Notes under the pieces: generated by a model | What the model was told of the DNA's origin: nothing | The model's database searches: none | Seen by the model: the letters and a program-made list of their open reading frames with translations, nothing else | Source of the DNA: a virus | Virus record (IMG/VR): IMGVR_UViG_3300020463_000008 | Span: 67,092 to 131,091 of that record | Strand: one strand, 5' to 3' | DNA: 64,000 nt | Translations under genes and position numbers: made by a program | Part shown: one piece after another, positions 1 through 7,328 of the stretch | Numbering within the stretch: position 1 is the stretch's first letter | Layout of the letters: each line of letters starts with the position of its first letter

Positions 1-139
1 TTGCACCTTGCAGTGCAGATACTAAGTTTCCATATGTAATATGTTTTGTAGTAGATTCAGAAGTGTCAACAACCAGTAATTTGTCTATAGACTCTGGAGT
101 CGCTAATACTGGTAATTCACTAATTTTTGCGTCAGCCAT
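1..139 (-). CDS. Partial ORF (runs off window start), N-terminus MADAKISELPVLATPESIDKLLVVD, virion/fibre-type N-terminal motif
   Basis: Manual translation from ATG at 139 with upstream AGGAG RBS; open to window edge. Confidence 0.7.
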   Translation of the reverse strand, partial: MADAKISELPVLATPESIDKLLVVDTSESTTKHITYGNLVSALQGA

Positions 140-148
140 TTAAACTCC

Positions 149-565
149 TTATTTTTTCTTGCCAATATTATATTTAGGCACTAATTCCCAAGAAGATTTA
201 TCTTTATGGGATAAAACTTTTATCTGAGACAAGGATGCTTTTGGCTCTGCTTGCTCAGATTTAACAATTTTTAAGAGCTCCCAATCCTGTAGTAATACAG
301 CTATCGTGTTTCTTCGCTCTATATCGTTATTAGCAATATTAGATTCTTTACCATCTAATGCGAATAGTTCTTTGAAGTGTACTATGAAATACTTGCCTTG
401 TTTATGAAGTATATGGCAAGACTGGAATAATTTATTTTCTGTTCGGGAAGATATCCCGATTCTTGTAAGGGTTTCTCTCACTTTCAGAAAGTTATCTGGT
501 TCTGGCAGAGTCACTTCTAACATAGACTCTGGAGACCAATCGTAATGTATCATCTCAACTGACAT
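149..565 (-). CDS. regA: RegA translational repressor
   Basis: PDNFLKVRETLTRIGI, QSCHILHKQGKYFIVHFKELFALDGK, WELVPKYNIG; follows gp62. Confidence 0.97.
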   Translation of the reverse strand: MSVEMIHYDWSPESMLEVTLPEPDNFLKVRETLTRIGISSRTENKLFQSCHILHKQGKYFIVHFKELFALDGKESNIANNDIERRNTIAVLLQDWELLKIVKSEQAEPKASLSQIKVLSHKDKSSWELVPKYNIGKKK

Positions 566-567
566 TT

Positions 568-951
568 TTATTTACCACCTTTATTTAATTTTTGTTCAAT
601 AATGCTCATCTGGTCAGTTGTTAATATATCCATCACCTGACGAGCCTTTTCTGGAGAATATCCATAATATTCCATAACCAGTTTTAAGGACTCGGTCTGT
701 TTATCTTGCTTATGCCACTTCGAAAACCTTTTGCCTTTTTCAATAGTATTTAGTAAAAAATAGTATTGCCAAGACCTTGGGATATCATGATAGCGATTCA
801 TCATGTTTGCCTGCATGATTGTATCAGGATAATATCCTAGTCCACGATTGACAATAAAGGGTGCATAATCCTTTTCGGCAAGTGGATTATCCTTAAATAA
901 ATCCTTCTTGTCGTTGGTGATATTGTTTATGTAGAGAAATGGATTTGCCAT
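568..951 (-). CDS. gp62: Clamp loader small subunit gp62
   Basis: YAPFIVNRGL, RFSKW, VMEYYGYSPEKA motifs; position between gp44 and regA. Confidence 0.93.
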   Translation of the reverse strand: MANPFLYINNITNDKKDLFKDNPLAEKDYAPFIVNRGLGYYPDTIMQANMMNRYHDIPRSWQYYFLLNTIEKGKRFSKWHKQDKQTESLKLVMEYYGYSPEKARQVMDILTTDQMSIIEQKLNKGGK

Positions 952-1889
952 TATTTAAACTTACAGGATGCCATTATCTCTGTAAGTGCTGCCATTTTAT
1001 TAAGTTCATGGTCAGCGACAAATGCTGCTTTGTATTGATAGTCAGCCAATATCAATACCAGCTGTGGTACTGAGTCTGGCTTTAATTTTGCATTAGCATT
1101 ATTAAATAAATCAGAAAATAATTGGGTTGTTTCAATATCACTATTTTTAGTGACCCACTTACGAACATCTTTGAAGTTTTTGTCTTTAAGTAATAGGAAT
1201 AGATTATTCCAAGACTCGTCACTTACATTAGTCATGACACCAGAATCTATAATACCAGATACTGAATATCTTTGTAGTTCGTTTAATACTCTACGAAAGT
1301 CAGGAAAATGTTTTTGTATAAGTTCAATAACAGCTTTCTGCTCAAACTTAATATCCTCTCCCTTTAGAATGCCCTCTACCCTGTTATAAAAGGAAGTAGC
1401 AACTGCTGGTTTATCCTTAGCAGTAGTTCTAAACTCTATAACAGCACATCTAGAATGAAGTGGCTCAATAATCCTGTTCTTAAAATTACATGTGAATATA
1501 AATCGACAGTTCCCTGAGAACTCCTCGATAAATGCTCTAAGTGCTGGCTGAGTACTGTTTGGATTCAGATAATCTGCTTCATCAAGAATAACAATTTTCT
1601 TTGAGTCTGTTAGGGAAACAGACGAAGCAAAGTTTTTGATTTTTGTTCGTATCACATCAATGCCAGATTCCTCTGAACCATTAATAAACAGATACTCAGC
1701 ACCGACTTCATTGCAGAGTGCTTTCGCCACTGTAGTCTTACCTACACCAGCAGTACCACAGAACAGAAAGTTCGGCAGTTGCCCACTTGCAATAAACTCT
1801 TTAAATGTATCCTTTAATGATTCGGTAAGGACGCATTCATCAATAGTTTGTGGTCGATATTTTTCAACCCACAGAAATTGGTTTTCCAT
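951..1889 (-). CDS. gp44: Clamp loader AAA+ subunit gp44
   Basis: LWVEKYRP, Walker A GTAGVGKTT, ILDEAD, SRC motif. Confidence 0.97.
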   Translation of the reverse strand: MENQFLWVEKYRPQTIDECVLTESLKDTFKEFIASGQLPNFLFCGTAGVGKTTVAKALCNEVGAEYLFINGSEESGIDVIRTKIKNFASSVSLTDSKKIVILDEADYLNPNSTQPALRAFIEEFSGNCRFIFTCNFKNRIIEPLHSRCAVIEFRTTAKDKPAVATSFYNRVEGILKGEDIKFEQKAVIELIQKHFPDFRRVLNELQRYSVSGIIDSGVMTNVSDESWNNLFLLLKDKNFKDVRKWVTKNSDIETTQLFSDLFNNANAKLKPDSVPQLVLILADYQYKAAFVADHELNKMAALTEIMASCKFK

Positions 1890-1909
1890 AATATAAATTC
1901 CATTAATAA

Positions 1910-2575
1910 TTAAAAGTCAAAAGTAGAATCAGCTTCAACTGCGATGAAATAAGTCAAGTCATTCATCTTAGAAGCAAACTTCGAGATTCTCTTTTTAGAT
2001 ATAGTGACTTCATAATCACCATCTAACATCTTAAAATTATCGATCCTGAAATTAACTTTAAAGTCTTTATCAGTATCACCTAGAATAGCATCCCAGGAAT
2101 TAGATGTAGCATTCTTCTTATCAGCTACGACAACAGATAGTTTACCATCTGAACCAATGATACTAATATCATTAGATCTTAAAACAGATGATGTCTTCAT
2201 AATCATATCGTACATGCTACGAGGAAGATCGAATTTAATATCTTCATCTACAGGCAAAGCATCTTTGGTAGGCGATGCCAACACAGATGGATCTGCAGCA
2301 TAATATTTTACTTTAGATTTACCATTTGCCACAGTGACAAACTTCTCATCAAAGTTAAGTTCGGGATCTGCGTCAAACAGACTGTACACACCCAAGAACT
2401 CATTTAAGTCATAGATTCCAAACTCTCTATCAAAACTTTCTTTGACAGAAGTGGAAGCCATAACATTTTTTTGTGCAGAGATAGTTGATAAACGATCTCC
2501 AGCTTTTATTAGAATATTGCCATTTATGGTAGCAAAGTTCTTAAGGACACTCAATGTTTCTTTCGAAATTTTCAT
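1910..2575 (-). CDS. gp45: Sliding clamp gp45
   Basis: MKISKETLSVLKNFATIN, FGIYDLNEFL, YFIAVEADS; synteny gp45-44-62. Confidence 0.96.
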   Translation of the reverse strand: MKISKETLSVLKNFATINGNILIKAGDRLSTISAQKNVMASTSVKESFDREFGIYDLNEFLGVYSLFDADPELNFDEKFVTVANGKSKVKYYAADPSVLASPTKDALPVDEDIKFDLPRSMYDMIMKTSSVLRSNDISIIGSDGKLSVVVADKKNATSNSWDAILGDTDKDFKVNFRIDNFKMLDGDYEVTISKKRISKFASKMNDLTYFIAVEADSTFDF

Positions 2576-2580
2576 AATAA

Positions 2581-2871
2581 TTATTTCTCCTTGTTAGTTT
2601 TATCATGTTGATGTAATGCCATCAATGCATAGTGAAGTATTTTAAATATGTCAGATCGATTAAATCCATCTTTCTTACCATACCTTTGGGCATACTTCAG
2701 TACATTGCCCATAAAGAATCCCATACCATGACCACAATCAATTATAAACTCACTTGCTTGAAAAGAGTTTTTTGAATAGTGACCACCATAGGTCTTATCA
2801 ATATATTTTTTAAATTCATTTATTAGTTCGTCTTCAGAAAATTTATAGGGGATCTCATCTTTTTTATTCAT
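2581..2871 (-). CDS. DUF3310-like protein (phage nucleotide-kinase-like family)
   Basis: HY...GFFMGNVLKYAQRYGKKDG...DIFKILHY motif. Confidence 0.75.
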   Translation of the reverse strand: MNKKDEIPYKFSEDELINEFKKYIDKTYGGHYSKNSFQASEFIIDCGHGMGFFMGNVLKYAQRYGKKDGFNRSDIFKILHYALMALHQHDKTNKEK

Positions 2872-2878
2872 ATTATCA

Positions 2879-2907
2879 ATCTTATATTAAAAAAACTTAA
2901 AAGTAAA
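2879..2907 (-). promoter_or_regulatory. Sigma70-type early/middle promoter (TTTACT-17-TAAGAT), probably leaderless transcript
   Basis: Matches promoter family repeated in the window; ATG only 7 nt after the -10, no SD. Confidence 0.7.
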
Positions 2908-2908
2908 G

Positions 2909-2984
2909 TGGCGAACTCAACAGGACTCGAACCTGTAATACAAGTTTAGAAGACTAGTGTGATATCCAGTTTCACCATGAGTCC
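2909..2984 (-). tRNA. tRNA-Arg (anticodon TCT)
   Basis: 76 nt cloverleaf: acceptor GGACTCA/TGAGTTC, anticodon loop CTTCTAA, T-loop GGTTCGAGTCC, encoded 3' CCA. Confidence 0.93.
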
Positions 2985-2999
2985 TACCACTCTAATAGC

Positions 3000-3030
3000 A
3001 AAAGGGAAGGAGATGGCAGTCCTTCCCTTT
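3000..3030 (-). terminator. Hairpin, probable intrinsic terminator or processing site upstream of the tRNA
   Basis: Perfect 11 bp stem AAAGGGAAGGA/TCCTTCCCTTT, 8 nt loop, short U tract. Confidence 0.6.
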
Positions 3031-3046
3031 CTATCATCAGCTATCG

Positions 3047-3487
3047 TCAGTCAATAACAGATGAATTCCTCAAGTCAGGAACTGAAGTGCCATCTTCTTT
3101 AGTAGTTTCGATATTAATACCGAAGTCCTTCAGTTCCTGGACAAAGTCCACATCTTCCTCGTCTTTTATGACAAACTTTGGTGCTGGTAAACGAGAAACT
3201 CTAATATCATCTGCTTCACGAATCGCCATTTCAGGATCCGCATTTGGAGCAGGAAAGAAATAGATGCCTTTGTCGATCTTGTTAATCTTATAATTCCAGT
3301 TAGGTGTGCCAATTTTAGGAAAGGATTTATCAGCTTCATGTTTTGCTTTCAGCTTAACAATTCCTTCAGTACATTGTTCCAATGTTATTGCACCACCAGA
3401 TGAGAGGTCTGGGTAGATCTCTATCATGTTATCTACCCACCTCTTTTGGAACTTTGTTAGTGAATAATATTCAACTAAGTCTGACAT
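3047..3487 (-). CDS. Hypothetical protein resembling the N-terminal domain of the adjacent AAA ATPase
   Basis: 146 aa ORF overlapping AAA stop by 1 nt; weak pattern similarity by eye. Confidence 0.7.
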   Translation of the reverse strand: MSDLVEYYSLTKFQKRWVDNMIEIYPDLSSGGAITLEQCTEGIVKLKAKHEADKSFPKIGTPNWNYKINKIDKGIYFFPAPNADPEMAIREADDIRVSRLPAPKFVIKDEEDVDFVQELKDFGINIETTKEDGTSVPDLRNSSVID

Positions 3488-4677
3488 TATATACCCTCCG
3501 ATTCAGATGTATATGGATTTCTATCTTCTTCAACCTCTGCTGCTTCAGGAAGTAAATCTTCCCCAGCAGAGATCTTAGAGTAAAGATCTAAGAAAGCCAT
3601 TTTAGTGACTTCATCAAATCTATTCAAGCACAGCTCAATCGCTTTAGCTTCTTTTTTGAAGATAGAGAATGCTCTCACAATGTGAGTCAATCTTCTAGTC
3701 GTAATGTTTTCATCACAACCACCATCATCAAAAGTCTTACGAACAACCTCTGCCCACTTAACTAAGTTAGAAGCAAAGTCACCAGAGTCTTTACACTCAT
3801 AATGGTTAAGAAGATTTTCAACAATCTTCAACTCTGTTTTTTGGTTAGGATAAGGTTGGTTGAAAGTGACAGCAAATCTTTCTAAGAATGCTTCATTAAG
3901 AACATTAGTCCCGATGTATCTACCATCATCAGATCCTTTACCTTTAGTGTTTGCAGTAGCAAAGATGTTAAATCCTTTAGCAGGAGTTATCATTTCATTT
4001 TTTAGTTTGAAATAAAATGGTTTTCCTTCAAGGATAGGTTGTAAACAAAGTAGAGTATTTGCTCCACCAGCATCAATCTCATCAAGAAGAAGTGGAATAC
4101 CAAATCTCATTGCGATAACAACTGGACCTTCAACAATCTCAACATTACCATCAACCAAAGTTTTAGAACCAATCAATTGGTCTTCATCAGTCATAGTATT
4201 AAGATTGACACGAATAAGAGGTTTTTTCTGCTTAGCACAGATTTGCTCAATAGTCGTAGATTTACCATTACCAGTTGGACCAGCAATGTAAGAAGGATAG
4301 AACATACCAGATCTAACAATATGATTTAGATCGGTGTAGTTTCCGAAAGCAACATAGTTAGGATCCACAGCTGGGATTAAACTATCTCTATCCACAGTAG
4401 AAGATAAAGCAGAAGATTTCAAAGGAACCACTTTTGGTGGCACTTCAGTTTCAGCTACAGTATTTGCTACTGGTTTTGTTATAGAACCTCCAGGAATTAC
4501 ATAGAGTGCTGGGGAAGCACCTGCAACTTTGTTTTCCCAGACTATGCCTGGAACTGGAGTACCTGACTTTCTAACAGCCAGAACCTGTGCTTGAGTCATT
4601 TCTTGACTCACTGCAACTTCAGGAAAGAGCTCGTATGCTTTTTCAATAAATGCAGTTTGTTTTGATAAGTTTGTCAT
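3487..4677 (-). CDS. cobS: MoxR/CbbQ-family AAA+ ATPase (phage CobS-like)
   Basis: Walker A GPTGNGKST, Walker B LLLDEID, ATANTKGKGSDDGRYIGTNVLNEAFLERF, ITTRRL. Confidence 0.9.
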   Translation of the reverse strand: MTNLSKQTAFIEKAYELFPEVAVSQEMTQAQVLAVRKSGTPVPGIVWENKVAGASPALYVIPGGSITKPVANTVAETEVPPKVVPLKSSALSSTVDRDSLIPAVDPNYVAFGNYTDLNHIVRSGMFYPSYIAGPTGNGKSTTIEQICAKQKKPLIRVNLNTMTDEDQLIGSKTLVDGNVEIVEGPVVIAMRFGIPLLLDEIDAGGANTLLCLQPILEGKPFYFKLKNEMITPAKGFNIFATANTKGKGSDDGRYIGTNVLNEAFLERFAVTFNQPYPNQKTELKIVENLLNHYECKDSGDFASNLVKWAEVVRKTFDDGGCDENITTRRLTHIVRAFSIFKKEAKAIELCLNRFDEVTKMAFLDLYSKISAGEDLLPEAAEVEEDRNPYTSESEGI

Positions 4678-4706
4678 AATATAATTTTACCTCGCTTTTT
4701 TAATTA

Positions 4707-4802
4707 TCAATACAAGTATTCTACTAAATTTTGACCCAAAAGTAAAGCATTATTTCACTTTTTTTTAGTTTATTTTGTTATTAAAAAACAATGACTTATA
4801 AC
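4707..4802 (-). repeat. ~96 bp promoter-containing direct repeat, copy 1
   Basis: Near-identical to 9708-9803; contains TTTACT-17-TAGAAT (4718-4746), A/T tract and IHF-like site. Confidence 0.92.
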
Positions 4803-4804
4803 CT

Positions 4805-5062
4805 TTATTTGCTTTCAGCCAAAAAATTATTGAAAGATATCTGTCCAGATGGCTCTTTCCAGGTCCCATCAGTGTTATAATGGACAGGCATTTCTTTAGT
4901 TTTATCATATTCTAAAATAGTCTTTTTAATATGATATCCTTCTTCATTCTTCATACTCATAAATTTATGAAGCACTTTATTATTTGGATCTACTCTCCAA
5001 AGTTCGATGGCAAGATAATCTATAACCTTTTCATCCATACTAGTTTTCAAATGTTTTCCCAT
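4805..5062 (-). CDS. Hypothetical protein
   Basis: 85 aa ORF with AGGAGA RBS. Confidence 0.8.
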   Translation of the reverse strand: MGKHLKTSMDEKVIDYLAIELWRVDPNNKVLHKFMSMKNEEGYHIKKTILEYDKTKEMPVHYNTDGTWKEPSGQISFNNFLAESK

Positions 5063-5079
5063 AATATATTTCTCCTTTG

Positions 5080-5157
5080 TTAATGGTAGTGTTTTATTAC
5101 ACCTGCTATAATAAAGAAGCAGGTAATAATCTCTAAATAAAATTTAAACTTTTTCAT
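5080..5157 (-). CDS. Small hydrophobic peptide MKKFKFYLEIITCFFIIAGVIKHYH (25 aa)
   Basis: Manual translation; fills the intergenic gap; single TM-like segment. Confidence 0.5.
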   Translation of the reverse strand: MKKFKFYLEIITCFFIIAGVIKHYH

Positions 5158-5166
5158 TGTCTCAAC

Positions 5167-5832
5167 TTAGTAGTTAAATAAATCAAAGTCTTCTTTATAA
5201 AGATCTTCAATTAAAGTTTTGCCAGCATCAATATATTCACTATCACTATGCTCTGGCATTCTAGTGGTAGTATTGAGATGAACATCATAGTTTTCATCTT
5301 CAATCTTTTTTGCGACTACATTAGATTTAATCCATAAGTTTTGTTGTAGCCATGGGCGATATACAAAATATTCATCCATCTCTTTATTTGCTTTTCCTAT
5401 AATCTCTAACCAACGACAATAGTTTTCTGTATTAGGATCTTTAGTAAGAATGTTTAATTTATTAAAAAGCATTTTATCAAACTTACTTGGATTCTTCATA
5501 AAGAGTTCTGTAGCATTTAATCCTATCGTTTGTTTATGTTCACTAATTTGAAATTCAATTCTATCAGGCGATATATATTTCTGTGGCATATATTGAAGTT
5601 CATAATAAAACAAATACATAGATAACATTCTATTATGTGGATTTCTTACATGCGTATAGATACAATCATAATCTTTATACATTTCATCATAAGGACTATG
5701 TTTTCCTGTTGGTACTTCTTGAAACTCATCGCCATACTTTTCAATCAAACTATATTTCTCAGTTGTCCCACCTGTCTTAGGAATGTGAATGTAATAAACT
5801 TTTTTTGGAACTATGTATGTCATTCTACCCAA
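5167..5832 (-). CDS. Sulfotransferase family 2-like protein
   Basis: YIHIPKTGGTT (5'-PSB), VRNPHNRMLSMY (3'-PB), C-terminal YKEDFDLFNY. Confidence 0.85.
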   Translation of the reverse strand: MGRMTYIVPKKVYYIHIPKTGGTTEKYSLIEKYGDEFQEVPTGKHSPYDEMYKDYDCIYTHVRNPHNRMLSMYLFYYELQYMPQKYISPDRIEFQISEHKQTIGLNATELFMKNPSKFDKMLFNKLNILTKDPNTENYCRWLEIIGKANKEMDEYFVYRPWLQQNLWIKSNVVAKKIEDENYDVHLNTTTRMPEHSDSEYIDAGKTLIEDLYKEDFDLFNY

Positions 5833-6656
5833 TCAACTTTAATTTTTTTTCTCGGTGCTTTTGGTGGAAGATAACTTTTAAAAGTTTCAATCCATTTTTC
5901 TTTTGGTCTTGTGAAAGAATACATATACAGTCCTCGTTCATTTGGCATATATCTATATAATTCATCATCATGAATATATTGTAGTTTTAATTCTTTTCGT
6001 TTATTCATCATATAGGCATCCATCATAAAGATAATATCTTCACCAACTTTAAGATCTTCTTTAAATTTTAATTTATGATACGATCCTTTATGAAAGCCAA
6101 TCAATCTATTTAATGTACCTTTCTCATTCTTAGGATGCTGATAAAATTTATTTACCATTTCTTCCATCTCAAGCATTGTAGCAATCCATGTATCAGGTCT
6201 TTTAAATTCTTCTTCTAGTTCTCCCATTATCTTTTGTGCTAGTACTGTACCATCTGCTTTTAAAGTTTCTCCTTGCCATTCCATTTTACCACCAGAAGTA
6301 AATAAGAAGTCACCTGTAAATTGTTTTTTAAATAGTTTGGGCATAGTATCACCCCAAACATCATCGCCATCTATCATAAAACAATAGTCAAAAAATCTTA
6401 AATTAGTATCCATACCAAAGTGTTGCATCATTCTATTTTTACCAAGTCCTGGCATACCATTAGATACACTAGAGGAAAAATAATGGCATTTATCTTTTAC
6501 TGCATTCTTCATCAGGTCAATATGAAAGTTATCATTAGAATTATCATGTACCCATATAGGATATCCTTGACATGACTCCATACATCGTAATACATCAAAT
6601 TTTGTTTGATGCGTACTTGTTAAAATTCCAATGACTGCTCTATGACCTGAATACAT
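5820..6656 (-). CDS. GT-A fold (family 2-like) glycosyltransferase
   Basis: GILTS..., SNGMPGLGKN, FMIDGDD (DxD), GED motif; start at 6656 gives TAATG coupling (track start 6707). Confidence 0.65.
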   Translation of the reverse strand: MYSGHRAVIGILTSTHQTKFDVLRCMESCQGYPIWVHDNSNDNFHIDLMKNAVKDKCHYFSSSVSNGMPGLGKNRMMQHFGMDTNLRFFDYCFMIDGDDVWGDTMPKLFKKQFTGDFLFTSGGKMEWQGETLKADGTVLAQKIMGELEEEFKRPDTWIATMLEMEEMVNKFYQHPKNEKGTLNRLIGFHKGSYHKLKFKEDLKVGEDIIFMMDAYMMNKRKELKLQYIHDDELYRYMPNERGLYMYSFTRPKEKWIETFKSYLPPKAPRKKIKVDWVE

Positions 6657-6883
6657 TAAGTTTTTCCTGAGCAAAGAAATAAAGGAATACCACCATTGTG
6701 TTGCCACTGTTGAGTACTGCCTTGAGTTTTCGCAATTGCATATGCTTCTTTTTTAGTATCGCAATATACAATAATTTTATTTTGTATGTCACCACCATTT
6801 TCAATTACTTGAAATTTTTTACCAAGTCTTTTTACATGGTATCTTAATTTTTTAGATGGTGGTGGGGTTTTCTCTTTTCTCAT
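6656..6883 (-). CDS. Hypothetical protein
   Basis: 75 aa ORF overlapping both neighbours. Confidence 0.75.
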   Translation of the reverse strand: MRKEKTPPPSKKLRYHVKRLGKKFQVIENGGDIQNKIIVYCDTKKEAYAIAKTQGSTQQWQHNGGIPLFLCSGKT

Positions 6884-7227
6884 AATGTTGTGCCATGTCC
6901 TTCCTTTTTAGCATTTATTAAGAGGTTTGCTCGGCTTTGAACCCACTCGTCTTTGAGAGGTAAATGATGACCAGTGGATCCATCCCACCGAGCAAATGCT
7001 TCGTCATAGAAATCTATGGTACAAAGCAGGGGATTATCGTTTTGCAACGATGTAAGTTCGTCAGCCCATTTCTGCCAAGTATGGTCATCGACTATACTTT
7101 CATCCATCTCATAATATATGCAGGAATGAACTAACATCTGACTTCTTCTTTGTTTAATCTTTTCTTTTAACTTTTGCGATTCTTCGTTAGTAGTGTCTAT
7201 CGGTAAAGCCATTGCATCATCTCCCAT
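6880..7227 (-). CDS. Stand-alone NAD-dependent DNA ligase domain Ia-like protein
   Basis: VHSCIYYEMDESIVDDHTWQKWADEL resembles LigA H-xx-YY-xxD-P-ISDxEYD; true start may be slightly downstream (MALPID). Confidence 0.65.
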   Translation of the reverse strand: MGDDAMALPIDTTNEESQKLKEKIKQRRSQMLVHSCIYYEMDESIVDDHTWQKWADELTSLQNDNPLLCTIDFYDEAFARWDGSTGHHLPLKDEWVQSRANLLINAKKEGHGTTL

Positions 7228-7328
7228 GGTTCATGTTGACTGCCATATGGACTTAACCATATAATCATACCCACCGCAAACATTGCGATCGCTAATCCTA
7301 AGATTAAAGGTTTTAAATCATTCATCAT
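7197..7328 (-). CDS. Small membrane protein (43 aa, MMNDLKPLILGLAIAMFAVGMIIWLSPYG...)
   Basis: Manual translation; start overlaps the VWA gene stop; one TM helix. Confidence 0.6.
   Translation of the reverse strand: MMNDLKPLILGLAIAMFAVGMIIWLSPYGSQHEPWEMMQWLYR

Noticed and set aside
5101-5124. Inverted repeat ACCTGCT/AGCAGGT as terminator
   Set aside because: Long AT loop, no adjacent U tract, and lies within a plausible small ORF
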